Source: Bacteriovoracia bacterium (lineage in GTDB: Bacteria; Bdellovibrionota; UBA1018; JBFWNL01). From it: a stretch of 64,000 nt of DNA. Location of the stretch: NCBI GenBank assembly GCA_050251055.1, contig JBFWNL010000001.1:267825-331824 (forward strand). Reading direction: 5' to 3'. The notes under the pieces were generated by a model. That model ran no database searches. It had not been told where the DNA came from and saw only the letters and a list, made by a program, of their open reading frames with translations. Both the position numbers and the translations under genes were made by a program. Below are positions 48,458-58,440 of this stretch, piece by piece (position 1 is the first letter of the stretch; every line of letters begins with the position of its first letter).

Positions 48458-48603
48458 CTTTTCCTTTTCTCTTTTAAAAAATAAAAACCCAACTGGGGGA
48501 CGCGCTTCCTGCGCTCGGCCCCTCAGCGCCTTCCTGGCCCGCGGACACCCCCTACCCAGTCTTTGAAGTGTAACTTTTCGGCTCGGAAGCCGTATTAGCC
48601 CGC

Positions 48604-48981
48604 ATGTTAGTCCCTAATCCTTTGGAATTCGACAGCTACCGTGCGTTTATCATCGCCTGCGTGGAGCGGAATAAACAGATGAACCGGAAATACAGCTACG
48701 GCTTCCTGGCCCGCCGATTAGGCTGGTCCCGGACCTATATTTCGGATGTCCTGGGGCAGCGCAAGCAACTATCCATCAAAAAGGCCTTCGAGCTCGCCAA
48801 GGCGCTCGAGATGACCCTCGAAGCCACCAAAGATTTAATTTTGCTCGTGGCCAAGGACCTCGGAGGTCCGGAAGGGCTCGAGTTTTTTCGACGGCAGACG
48901 GCCGCCGCTTCGACCACCTCAACGCCCCCCGAAGGGGGCGACCGCGGCCCCCTAAAAGCGTCCCCGGCACTTTGGCCGTAG
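48604..48981 (+). CDS. HTH protein resembling the N-terminal domain of TIGR02147-family proteins
   Basis: YRAFI...KQMNRKYSYGFLARRLGWSRTYISDVLGQRKQLS. Confidence 0.65.
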   Translation: MLVPNPLEFDSYRAFIIACVERNKQMNRKYSYGFLARRLGWSRTYISDVLGQRKQLSIKKAFELAKALEMTLEATKDLILLVAKDLGGPEGLEFFRRQTAAASTTSTPPEGGDRGPLKASPALWP

Positions 48982-49016
48982 GGTTTGTCTCGCGCGCATG
49001 CTAGGCTCGAAAGCTC

Positions 49017-50093
49017 ATGAACTTCTTAGCGCGCGCACTCGAGCCCCCTCGATACGGTTATTCCCGGGAGGGGAAGCTGTATGTTCCCAGTCGGCCCGAA
49101 CTCTTCCGCGAGTTCTTTCGCGGCCTGAACGTATTTGGATCCCGAAAGCGATGGCTCCCCTTCCTTTCCTGGCTCACGACCTTATCGCTCGCATTTCCGC
49201 TCGCAACTTTCCTCGAGCGCTACTTCAGCTGGACGTTCATGCTCGTGGGCTTCTTGTTCGCGATGGTAGTGCTCGGTAGCCACGGTACGTTTTGGTTGCA
49301 TCGTTATTGCACTCACCGCGCATACAAATTCCGCAACCTTTTTTGGCTCCAGGTTTGCCGAAACTTGGTGCCGAAGATCATTCCTGAGGAAACTTACGTG
49401 GTCTCGCACTACGTGCACCATCAGTTTTCCGAGCAGCCGGGCGACCCCTACAATGTCCACGGTGGCGGATGGTACTGCTTTCTCGCCGACGTCAACCACC
49501 AGGGTATTCGCAAGGATTTGACCGAAGCGGAATACACGCAAGTCTCCCGGCTTTTGAAAAACTCCGGAGTACGCCTGAACTCTTACCGGCAATATCAACG
49601 CTGGGGAACGCTATGCCATCCCGCCTGGACGATCGCCCACTTCGCCTTGAGTTGGGCGTTTTGGTACGGGGCGTACTATGCCGTCGGCGGACACGCGCTG
49701 GCCACGTGCCTATTCGGGTGGACCGGCGTTTGGTCCATTGGCGTACGCACTTACAATTTCGACGGTCACGGCCGCGGGAAAGACCGTCGCCGGGATGGGG
49801 TCGACTTCAACCGCGAAGATCTCTCGGTGAACCAAATTTGGCCGGGCTATGTTTCCGGCGAGTGGCATAACAACCATCACCTGTACCCTTATGGCGCCCG
49901 CAGCGGTTTTCTACCCCACCAGCTCGACCTACCGTGGCTCCTGATTCGGGGATTAGCGAAACTAGGCGTGATCACGTCCTACCATGACTTCCGAGACGAG
50001 TTTCTCCGCGATCACTACCTCCCTTGGCTGGAAAAACAAAAGACGGAGAAGGGCGCGATCGCTCTGCCGGAACTCGCACCGACCGAGAGCTGA
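49017..50093 (+). CDS. membrane fatty acid desaturase (delta-9-like)
   Basis: His boxes HRYCTH, HYVHH, HNNHH; TM segments. Confidence 0.9.
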   Translation: MNFLARALEPPRYGYSREGKLYVPSRPELFREFFRGLNVFGSRKRWLPFLSWLTTLSLAFPLATFLERYFSWTFMLVGFLFAMVVLGSHGTFWLHRYCTHRAYKFRNLFWLQVCRNLVPKIIPEETYVVSHYVHHQFSEQPGDPYNVHGGGWYCFLADVNHQGIRKDLTEAEYTQVSRLLKNSGVRLNSYRQYQRWGTLCHPAWTIAHFALSWAFWYGAYYAVGGHALATCLFGWTGVWSIGVRTYNFDGHGRGKDRRRDGVDFNREDLSVNQIWPGYVSGEWHNNHHLYPYGARSGFLPHQLDLPWLLIRGLAKLGVITSYHDFRDEFLRDHYLPWLEKQKTEKGAIALPELAPTES

Positions 50094-50244
50094 TTCGACC
50101 CCAGGAGGCCGGTTTTTTTGGCCCCAATTTCTCGCTTTTCTACCGGAGTCCAACGGACACCTCGCCTGCTGTTTCTTTCCCAATTCAAAAAAATCCCCCA
50201 GAGTTCTCTCATCATCCACGCACAGCTCTTTGCGTCAAAAGCTC

Positions 50245-50260
50245 CGGTATGGAACTTGCT
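50245..50260 (+). promoter_or_regulatory. sigma54 (-24/-12) promoter
   Basis: CGGTAT-GGAAC-TTGCT (GG-N10-GC), 32 nt before ATG 50293 with AGGAGG RBS. Confidence 0.55.
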
Positions 50261-50292
50261 GAATTGCCCGGCAAATTCTCTAGGAGGGGACC

Positions 50293-51636
50293 ATGTTTCA
50301 AAAATCCAAACTGTTGGCAGGCATCGGTGCGTGTATCAGCGCATCGCTCATGATTATAAATTCCGGAAGCGCGGTGCGCGCGAGCGCCGATCGCAACTCA
50401 GAAACGATTGTCTTTGACGGAAGCACGCTGAATCTCACGCGTGACCTGCAAGACACGCTCTCGCATACCGTCTATGAAGACCGGCAGGTGCCGGATACCT
50501 GCTACGAACGAGTCGTAGTGGGTTACGAAACGCAGTGCCATACGGAATACGATCGGGTTTGCCACACGGAGACTCGCCCCGTTTGTCGCACGGAAACCCG
50601 ACGTGAATGTGACAACACCACCCGTCGCGAATGCTATCCAGAAACGCGCCGCGAGTGCGATCGCACCACTCGACGCGAATGCAGCCAGGAAACCAAATGC
50701 CACGACGTTCCCGATCAGATCTGCCATACGACGCCCAAAGGTGAACGCGAATGCCGGGACATCTCGCGCCGCGAGTGCAACTCGGAGACCGTATGCCGGG
50801 ACGTACCGGATGAGATCTGCCGTACCTATACCGAAAACGTCTGCCGCGACGTCCCTGACCAGATTTGCCGCACCTACGACGAACAGGTGTGCCGCGATGA
50901 AAGCGAGCAGGTTTGCGAAACCTATCCGCGCGAAGCCTGCGAAGAAGTCCCCGTCTACGAAGATCGTGCCTATGCCTGCACGCGTACCGAACGAGTGCCG
51001 GTAGGAACAGAGATCGATCTCGAGACCACCGCAAGCGTGCAAATCACTTTCAGCGGCGTCCCTACGGGCACAACCCCGAACGAGACGATGGCTCTGAGCC
51101 TTCGGGGGGATCAGCTAACGCTCGCGCAACTGAGCGGTAGCGGGCAATTGTTGCTACTCGTGGATAAGCGCATTGAAGTTCGCGATACGGGCACGAAACG
51201 CAAGCACATCGACGCCGTCTTTACGATCACAGTAATGAAGGTGGTGGATGTCACCGCTCCCCTCACCCGCGTCATCGAGGGACTGAACGCAAAGAAAGGG
51301 GTCATCAGCGCGACCCTGGGCGCGGTAAACCATCCCGAGACCTTGAGCCTGCAGCTCAAGATCACCAAGGGGCGCGATATCCTTATCGCTCGTGAGTTAA
51401 AAGACATCGAGTTCACGTTGACGGGCCTTAGCCCGTCGAAGCCGGGCTCCCCCGCCCTGACCCAGCTCACGATCGACGTAAGCCGGCTTGAATTGGCCAT
51501 GCCGGTCACCTCGGGCAAGCATGAGGTCACGTTAACGGCGGGGCTCAAGCCCGCGACGCGCGCACGCGCCCTCAACGCGAAGGTGCTGCCCGCGAAGCTC
51601 GAGCAATCTGCGAGCAAGAAGCTGTCGCTTAAATAG
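50293..51636 (+). CDS. secreted protein with Cys-x7 repeat region (20 Cys) and C-terminal beta-rich domain(s)
   Basis: Signal peptide; tandem 8-aa repeats (C..TRRE, CRDVPDQI); AGGAGG RBS. Confidence 0.85.
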   Translation: MFQKSKLLAGIGACISASLMIINSGSAVRASADRNSETIVFDGSTLNLTRDLQDTLSHTVYEDRQVPDTCYERVVVGYETQCHTEYDRVCHTETRPVCRTETRRECDNTTRRECYPETRRECDRTTRRECSQETKCHDVPDQICHTTPKGERECRDISRRECNSETVCRDVPDEICRTYTENVCRDVPDQICRTYDEQVCRDESEQVCETYPREACEEVPVYEDRAYACTRTERVPVGTEIDLETTASVQITFSGVPTGTTPNETMALSLRGDQLTLAQLSGSGQLLLLVDKRIEVRDTGTKRKHIDAVFTITVMKVVDVTAPLTRVIEGLNAKKGVISATLGAVNHPETLSLQLKITKGRDILIARELKDIEFTLTGLSPSKPGSPALTQLTIDVSRLELAMPVTSGKHEVTLTAGLKPATRARALNAKVLPAKLEQSASKKLSLK

Positions 51637-52720
51637 AATAGTCATCCGCTCCGCCCGGGTTAGATCCATGCGGATTTTGAATCAGGCCGAGCTGCTCTTC
51701 GAGGTCGGAGAGCAGCTCGCGCCAATAGCGGGGATCCCCATACTGGGGAAACGCGCGCGGAAACGCCGGGTCTTCCCAACGCTTGGAGATCCAAGCCGCG
51801 AAGTGAACGAAGCGCAAGGCGCGCAATGGTTCCACCAGGCGAAGGCTCGCCGGATCGAAAGCCCGTAGCTGCGAGTAGGCTTCGAGCAGGATCGAGAACT
51901 GAGCCCGCGCCTCGGCATCGCGGCCCGGCACCACCATCCAAAGATCCTGGACCGGCGGGCCGTTCACCATATCGTCAAAGTCTAGGAAGAACGGCCCTTG
52001 GTCATTCCACAGCAAATTACCAAAATGACAGTCCCCGTGAATGCGCTGGATGACCGCATCTTCAAACCAAGCCTGGGAGACCCGGCAAATCTCGCGGACG
52101 ACTTGAGTGAATGGGGCTTCATACTCCGCCGGAATTTTTTTCTGGGCGAGCAGGAAATCGAGCGCATTTAGGGCATAGGCCTGAGGTCCGATGCGCACCC
52201 GGTTTGGCGCCGTACGCGTGGCTCCCACGGCATGGATACGCGCCAGCAGCCGCCCGATGCGCTCCAGCTGCTCGGTAGAAAGCTCGTCCGGCGAACGCCC
52301 ACCCACCTTGGGAAACAGGCAGTAATGGATTCCGCTCTCCGTGTCCGTCCGCAAAGTTTCGCCGTCCGGGAACCTCAGTGGCGCGATCGCGGGAATCTCG
52401 GCGGCCTGCAGATCGAGCAAGAATTGGTGTTCTTCTAGGATCTGCTCCGCGCTCCAGCGACCCGGCCGATAGAATTTCGCCACGCGAAAGCGCTCGCTCG
52501 GCGTGCGCGCCACCACCCCTTCCGGCAGCTCCAGCTCCACCTCGTAAACCCGGTTCTCCATGCTATTTAAGGAGAGGCACCGGCCAGTGCACACAAGCCC
52601 GGCGGATTCCACCGCACTCAAAACCCGCTCGGGCGTGAGTTCGAAGAAAAAGCGAGTGGCGGCCGAGCCCCAAGCGCTTGCGGTCTGTCCTGGTCCTCCC
52701 TTTGGAGGGGCTTTAAACAT
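51629..52720 (-). CDS. srkA: stress response serine/threonine kinase SrkA (RdoA/YihE)
   Basis: LNSMENRVY, AKFYRPGRWS, EEHQF, IHGDCHFGN, DFDD, QDLWM, RWEDPAFP. Confidence 0.92.
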   Translation of the reverse strand: MFKAPPKGGPGQTASAWGSAATRFFFELTPERVLSAVESAGLVCTGRCLSLNSMENRVYEVELELPEGVVARTPSERFRVAKFYRPGRWSAEQILEEHQFLLDLQAAEIPAIAPLRFPDGETLRTDTESGIHYCLFPKVGGRSPDELSTEQLERIGRLLARIHAVGATRTAPNRVRIGPQAYALNALDFLLAQKKIPAEYEAPFTQVVREICRVSQAWFEDAVIQRIHGDCHFGNLLWNDQGPFFLDFDDMVNGPPVQDLWMVVPGRDAEARAQFSILLEAYSQLRAFDPASLRLVEPLRALRFVHFAAWISKRWEDPAFPRAFPQYGDPRYWRELLSDLEEQLGLIQNPHGSNPGGADDYSI

Positions 52721-52914
52721 GGGGTCAGTCTAACGCATCCACCGGGCAGGGTCGCGTCAAAGTTATAGGAAAATGGCTCAGAATTGTAATTTTTACTCCG
52801 CTTCGATGGAGAGAAAGCGGTGTCATTTAAGTGGGTGGTGCGGAATAGCCCCAAAAGTTTTAGAATTTGTTCAGTTTTTCTCAATTATTTCCTTAGGTGA
52901 TCCGCGTCACATTA

Positions 52915-52930
52915 TGGCATAGGTCCTGCT
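52915..52930 (+). promoter_or_regulatory. sigma54 (-24/-12) promoter
   Basis: TGGCAT-AGGTC-CTGCT (GG-N10-GC) downstream of an AT-rich tract. Confidence 0.6.
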
Positions 52931-52986
52931 CTACGGCACAGCGCGGCTTGCCTTGGGTTAGGGCGAGCCGGCGAAGTGTGTGAGGT

Positions 52987-53847
52987 GTGATTGTGGGGAT
53001 AGCAAAAATCCGCGACTTGGGCCGGGGGCCTGGGTTGTCGGTATTCGTATTACTTTTGTGTTTGAGCGTCATAAACGCGGAAGCCGCGACGGAAGCGACC
53101 GCGCAGCCTTCCATGTTCTCGCTCGATGCTTTGCTCTCCGCTAGCACGAGCCTGCATACGGGTGAGCAAGCCGCGAGAGCCTCTGAAATGCAACTCTGGC
53201 TCACGCCGGGCATACGGATTTCAGAGAACTGGAAGCTCACCGCGCTCGGGATCATCACGCAAAATCTTGAAAACGAGATGGGCGTCACGATGAGCGACGT
53301 GGAAATCGGCGCTCGCCGCAAAGGCTGGGAGCTCAACCCCTTCTTAAAATTCTCGCCGGGAATCGGCATGAAGGTTCCGGGCAGCAAGACCTCCGTCGTG
53401 GGCCGCGGCTTCCGTACCTCGATCGCGGTTAAGCCCCGCTTGATGTACGATCTTTCCGCCCTCAAGATCTGGGGTCTGCGCGCGATCTCGGGCTACTACC
53501 AGGCTTCGGGTACGCGTAACTTCCACGAGTTTAATACTTCCATCACCGGCGTCTCCAACTCGCAGTACTCCTTCGTGAACACGCTGCGCGTGAATGTCGC
53601 CTTCACGGAGAAGCTCAGCCTCACCCTCGATCAGCTCTTCACCGCGGCCTGGACCTACGAAGGCACGCCCAAGAGCACCTTCGAGATGGGGCAAGAGCTT
53701 AGCTACGAATTTACGGAAAGTTTTGCGTTAGGGGTCGGACATAATAACTCCGGCAATATGTACAAAGAAAACGGCCTGGATTCGAACCTCCAGTTCTTCA
53801 ACCAGGACCACTCGACCGTGTATATGAGCGCGGCGTTTAAGCTTTAA
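52987..53847 (+). CDS. probable outer-membrane beta-barrel protein
   Basis: Signal peptide ending INAEA; many amphipathic strands; ends AAFKL. Confidence 0.65.
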   Translation: MIVGIAKIRDLGRGPGLSVFVLLLCLSVINAEAATEATAQPSMFSLDALLSASTSLHTGEQAARASEMQLWLTPGIRISENWKLTALGIITQNLENEMGVTMSDVEIGARRKGWELNPFLKFSPGIGMKVPGSKTSVVGRGFRTSIAVKPRLMYDLSALKIWGLRAISGYYQASGTRNFHEFNTSITGVSNSQYSFVNTLRVNVAFTEKLSLTLDQLFTAAWTYEGTPKSTFEMGQELSYEFTESFALGVGHNNSGNMYKENGLDSNLQFFNQDHSTVYMSAAFKL

Positions 53848-53861
53848 AAGGGGATAGAGAC

Positions 53862-56800
53862 ATGAAAACGAACCAGCTTTTTTTCGCTTCGGCCACGGTA
53901 TTGGCGCTAGCCATCTCGGGCTGCACTAAGCCACGTCCATATAAAGAGGTCTATAAGGAAGAGGTGCTCGATCGAGGGCTCTTCGACACGAAGTCCCTCT
54001 ACCTCTACGCGCCGTCGGTCGTGGATTCCGCACGGACGTCGACCGCTTCTCGTCCTTACTGGATGGGAGAGCAGAAGCTCGTAAAGCTGAAGTTCGCCGA
54101 AGACGGGCTGAAGCTCGTGGAAGTCGAAGGCGACGCACGCTTTACGGACAATCCGACCAACGAAAAACCGGTGCTAACAATTCCCGGGGAGTACCTAGAA
54201 TACCGCTGCGCCAAGAACGAAGTGGACGAGTGTTCCAACAAGGAAGAAGTAAACAACGATCTGCCTTGGAGCGCTCGGTCGAAATTCAAGCCCAAGCTGG
54301 CGAAGCTCGAGGTTCAGGAAACCAACCTCATGCCCACCCAGCTCGCGAACCTGGTCATCGGCTGCTATAAAGACCAGGGTTTCGAAGTCGTAAGCGCCAA
54401 GTGGGAAAACGACGCCATCAACTTTGAACTCGAACACTCGTACGGCGTGAATGTGATGTGCGCGGACTTCGATCAAGCCGCCACCGAGCACGAGCTCTTC
54501 TCAGGCCTGACCGTGAAGGTACGCGAACACTTCTCGATCGTGAAACGCGACTCGCTCGTCACGAAGGGCTACGAGCCGGTGAAGTATCCGGAAGCCGATA
54601 GTAATACGTTCGGCTTCTTCGAGACCGAGCAGCATAAGCTCGACGTCGATAACCGGGACCAAGAAAAAGGCATGACCAAGCTCATGAACCGCTGGAACCC
54701 GCAGGCTAAGGAAGTCGTGTACTACTTGAGCGCGGCCTACCGAAAACCCGAGCTAGCTCACATTCGGGAAGCGACGCTCCAGTCGGTGAAGATCATCAAT
54801 GACGGCTTAGCGCAATCGGGCGCGAACCTTCGTTTGGTGGCCAAGGACATGACCGAATCCACGCGCATCGGCGATCTACGCACGAACGCGCTCGTGCTGG
54901 TGGAAGATCCGATCGCGGGCGGGCTCTTGGGCTACGGCCCGACGATCGCCGACCCCCTCACGGGCGAGATCATCCATGGCCGCGTGGTAATGTACTACGG
55001 CAACCTCGTCAAATACATCAAGCTGACCTACGACGACATTGTCGCTGAACGTCGTCGTGAAGCGGGAGCGCCGCCGGCCCAGCCTCCGGTGGACGCGCCT
55101 AAGGAAGAGCCGAAAGAAGAACCCAAGGACGACGCCGGTTTGCTGATGGCGCTGAAGGCCACCCCCGCCGCGAGCGGCTTGGACGCGGAAGTCCGCAAGC
55201 TCACGCTCGAATCCGCGACCGACCTGAGGGACAAACCGCGCCAGAAGATGAATCTCGGCCAAATGCGCGAGCTCGTCCGTGCCCAAGGGTACGACATGAC
55301 CCGGATCCAGGAGCGCTATCGAATTGCCCAAGCCAAGGCAAATGACGCCGGCAAGGCTGAAGATCTGCTGCCGATATCCGAGGTCAACGAAAAAGCCGAT
55401 CGCCTCTCCACGCTTTCGGAACACTGCGGTTACCCGGGTGAAATGGCTAATTTCCAGGGCGCCGTGGGATCCGCGATCGACGACGTATTGCCCAAGGGTG
55501 AGTTAAAGCCTTGGGAAGAGCTGACGGACGCCGAAAAGGTCCAGATCACGCGTCTCATTCTGCCGACGACCTGGGTCCCGACGCTCATCCACGAACTCGG
55601 TCACAACCTGGGCCTGCGCCATAACTTCGCCGGCAGCATGGATAAGGCGAATCATTATACCGCCAAGGAAACGGAAAAATTGGGCCTGAAGCGAATCATG
55701 CCCTACTCCTCGATGATGGAATACCCCAATAAGGAGATCAATGCGCTCCAGGTGATGGGTAAGTACGACATCGCAGCCCTACGCTTCGGTTACACCCGCA
55801 CGGTGGAGCAACTCGATATCGAGCGCGACGCCGACGGCAAGCCGAAAGTTGACGACGAGGGCGAATACGTGATCAAAACGGCGAAAAACGACGCCGGCGA
55901 AGAAGTACCCGTGACGGTCTCCGTAGCCGTGCCCGGCACATTAGCGGAGCTGAAAGCCAAAACCGATCCAAAACTCACGTTCACAAACTACGAGTATTGC
56001 ACGGACGAAGGCGTGGGCGCGAACCCCACCTGTAACCGTTTCGACGAAGGCACGACTATGGCCGAAGTCGCGCAAAATCTCATCGACAGCTACGACGAGA
56101 TGTATACGCGGCGTAACTTCCGCTCCGGTCGCCGCGATTTCAGCCTGATGAATGATGGCGATTACGCGATTTCCATCAACCGCACCTTCCGCGGCCTGCG
56201 CCTGTTCTTCGAAATGTACGAAACGCTGGTCACGCGCTTCAACATTCCGGCGGAAGCCTGGGAGGAAGAGCCGTTCCTGGCCGATCTGAACTCGGCCGTG
56301 GAAAAAGCCGGCGACTTCTACTTGAGGGTGATGCGCACGCCGGACGTCTTCTGCTCGCTCGCCTCAATTGACGAGCCGAACGAACCGGTCGGTCTGCAGA
56401 TGCTCTATGCGATCAACAAGCGATCGGTGAGCTGCTTCGAGCCGGCCATCATCGCGCTCGCGGCGCAGAACGGACTTGTGGTTCACGGGCAAGGCGGACG
56501 GTCTTTCCGTTCGCTGAAGGCCCCCGGTAGCGAGAACCCATACGCTGACCAAATCGACGTACGCGGGATCTGGATCGATAAGCTCCTGGCCGAACAGAGC
56601 CTGCTCGCCCGGCGCATCGGCAGCCCGCTGTTCGACGGCGAAACCCTGAACTTCCTGCAGAAGCCAGGATTCGCCGATAAGGCGCTTAAGGCGTTCGAGG
56701 AGATCCTGGACGATCGCCTCACCGGCGAGCTCGTGGTGACGACTGCCCAAGGCAAACAGGTTTCGCTGGGAGCAGGCGGTTGGCCGCTCTCGGTCACGCA

Positions 56801-57671
56801 CAAGATTGTACGGCCGATGGATCCGTTCATTCGCCGGGCGTTCTCGCTCCCGCAAGGCGACAACACGACCTTCGTCAACGAGCTCGTCTTCAACGTGAAT
56901 GCGTGGATGCCGAGCCGCGAGCACGACTGGGCGGCTCGGCCGTTCATCCGGCTGTTTGACGTCTGGGAAGTGTCGCTCACGGACAGCCAAGACTACGACA
57001 AGAGCCTGCGCGTGCTCGACCTGGGAACCCGCCGTTTCTTGGCGGGCCCGCAGCAGGCGTTCGCGCGCAAAATCATGAACGAGATGGATCAAGTCCGCCT
57101 CATGACTCAGGTCAAGCCAGCGGATCTGGCGAAGATTCTCGCGGACCTGAAGAAACCGCAGCCCCCGGGCCCGGCTCCGGAGCCAAAGCCGGATCCCAAA
57201 CAGAATGAGGATCGCGCGGCGAAGCAACAGCGCATCGCCATCGCGGGCCTGAGCTTGGAGACGTTCCGTAAACGCGTGGCGGACGCGAAAGACTGGACGA
57301 TCGAGCAGCTGCTGGAGATTCTCAAGCAGGCCGGCGCCGAAGGCGAAATCAAGGAGCGGGAACTCGCCCGCGCCGTGATCGCCGTTAGCGACGCGCTCGA
57401 GATCGCGCGGGCCGCGAAGCCAGGCGAGGAACAAGACGCCAAAATCCTGGAAGTCGTGAAAGCTTCCAAGAAAGAAGCCGTGGTCAAGCTCGTGATCGAG
57501 AAGGTCATTAGCGAAGCCATCGTGCCGGCCGAACCCGTGCCGACCGAAACGATCGAAGCCAAGGTCCGCAAGCTCGGCCCGGCCCCGATCGAGAAGTTCC
57601 TCAAGAATGGATTCAAGTCGGAGCGCGTTTACTCTGACTTATTGATGGTTCTCACTAAATCCGGCCGCTAG
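53862..57671 (+). CDS. large zinc-dependent metalloprotease lipoprotein (EcxA-like)
   Basis: Lipobox ISGC; LLGYGP...DPLTGEI, HELGHNLGLRHNFAGS (HExxHxxGxxH), Met-turn SSMMEY, YDIAAL, CTD. Confidence 0.9.
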   Translation: MKTNQLFFASATVLALAISGCTKPRPYKEVYKEEVLDRGLFDTKSLYLYAPSVVDSARTSTASRPYWMGEQKLVKLKFAEDGLKLVEVEGDARFTDNPTNEKPVLTIPGEYLEYRCAKNEVDECSNKEEVNNDLPWSARSKFKPKLAKLEVQETNLMPTQLANLVIGCYKDQGFEVVSAKWENDAINFELEHSYGVNVMCADFDQAATEHELFSGLTVKVREHFSIVKRDSLVTKGYEPVKYPEADSNTFGFFETEQHKLDVDNRDQEKGMTKLMNRWNPQAKEVVYYLSAAYRKPELAHIREATLQSVKIINDGLAQSGANLRLVAKDMTESTRIGDLRTNALVLVEDPIAGGLLGYGPTIADPLTGEIIHGRVVMYYGNLVKYIKLTYDDIVAERRREAGAPPAQPPVDAPKEEPKEEPKDDAGLLMALKATPAASGLDAEVRKLTLESATDLRDKPRQKMNLGQMRELVRAQGYDMTRIQERYRIAQAKANDAGKAEDLLPISEVNEKADRLSTLSEHCGYPGEMANFQGAVGSAIDDVLPKGELKPWEELTDAEKVQITRLILPTTWVPTLIHELGHNLGLRHNFAGSMDKANHYTAKETEKLGLKRIMPYSSMMEYPNKEINALQVMGKYDIAALRFGYTRTVEQLDIERDADGKPKVDDEGEYVIKTAKNDAGEEVPVTVSVAVPGTLAELKAKTDPKLTFTNYEYCTDEGVGANPTCNRFDEGTTMAEVAQNLIDSYDEMYTRRNFRSGRRDFSLMNDGDYAISINRTFRGLRLFFEMYETLVTRFNIPAEAWEEEPFLADLNSAVEKAGDFYLRVMRTPDVFCSLASIDEPNEPVGLQMLYAINKRSVSCFEPAIIALAAQNGLVVHGQGGRSFRSLKAPGSENPYADQIDVRGIWIDKLLAEQSLLARRIGSPLFDGETLNFLQKPGFADKALKAFEEILDDRLTGELVVTTAQGKQVSLGAGGWPLSVTHKIVRPMDPFIRRAFSLPQGDNTTFVNELVFNVNAWMPSREHDWAARPFIRLFDVWEVSLTDSQDYDKSLRVLDLGTRRFLAGPQQAFARKIMNEMDQVRLMTQVKPADLAKILADLKKPQPPGPAPEPKPDPKQNEDRAAKQQRIAIAGLSLETFRKRVADAKDWTIEQLLEILKQAGAEGEIKERELARAVIAVSDALEIARAAKPGEEQDAKILEVVKASKKEAVVKLVIEKVISEAIVPAEPVPTETIEAKVRKLGPAPIEKFLKNGFKSERVYSDLLMVLTKSGR

Positions 57672-57696
57672 TTTCCGGCCGGATTCACACTCGCAA

Positions 57697-57724
57697 CGAG
57701 GGACCCGCACTCGCGGGTCCCTCG
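57697..57724 (+). terminator. GC-rich stem-loop after the metalloprotease gene (terminator or stabiliser; no U tract)
   Basis: CGAGGGACCCGC-ACTC-GCGGGTCCCTCG, perfect 12-bp stem. Confidence 0.6.
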
Positions 57725-57784
57725 GAAGCGAACGGCCGCGAAATTTCACGTGGCGAAGATGGGGATTCGTGAGAAGAACACCCC

Positions 57785-58393
57785 ATGCCCCGAATTCGTT
57801 GGCTGCCCGCTCTGCTGCTCGTCGGTTTCGTCCTCGCTCCCCCTACTTCCGCCCACGCTGCCCTGGGTTTTTCTCTCTTCGGTGACTTGAACTTCGCCAA
57901 TCTGAACGCCAAGGACGCGGTCACCGGGGCGGATCTCAACAATCACGCCAAGCTCGGTTTCGGGGGCGGGCTCGGAATCGACTTGCCGTTGGGTTCGCGC
58001 GTCGCCATCGGCATCGGGCTTCAATACGACCGCCTCACCTATCACGACCCTCGCCGCGCCCTGGATTTCACGTTCACGCGCTTCAATGTCCCGGTGCTGC
58101 TAAGAGTTTTCCTGGCACGTCCGGTGTTCATCAGCGTGGGGGGTTACTATAATGTGGGCTTGGGCGGCATCCGGGACAGCCAGGGCGATACCTATACTTA
58201 CGCTCCCCTCAACCGTATCTACGATTACGGCCTGGTTACCGGCGTAGGCTTCCACCTGGGCCGGATCCTCCTCGAAGGGCGATACTACCTGGGCCTGGCG
58301 GAAAACAGCGCCAACCTCAACATCGCGGCCAGCCAGAAGTGGACGAATATTCAGATCCTTTTCGGCATCCTCCTAGGCGCGCAGTCCAAGTAA
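57785..58393 (+). CDS. porin-family outer-membrane beta-barrel protein
   Basis: Signal peptide; GFGGGLG, NVPVLLR, DYGLVTGVG, EGRYYLGL. Confidence 0.78.
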   Translation: MPRIRWLPALLLVGFVLAPPTSAHAALGFSLFGDLNFANLNAKDAVTGADLNNHAKLGFGGGLGIDLPLGSRVAIGIGLQYDRLTYHDPRRALDFTFTRFNVPVLLRVFLARPVFISVGGYYNVGLGGIRDSQGDTYTYAPLNRIYDYGLVTGVGFHLGRILLEGRYYLGLAENSANLNIAASQKWTNIQILFGILLGAQSK

Positions 58394-58440
58394 TTCCCTT
58401 TTGCCATATCCTCAAAATTACGCTAAAAGTCTGCGTATTT

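Noticed and set aside
50500-50979. CRISPR array or DNA tandem repeat
   Set aside because: The repeats are degenerate 24-nt in-frame coding units conserved at the protein level; there are no spacers or cas genes
57672-58440. FMN riboswitch upstream of the rib operon
   Set aside because: The gap before ribD is only 47 nt and no RFN consensus segments were seen there or before the upstream OMP gene
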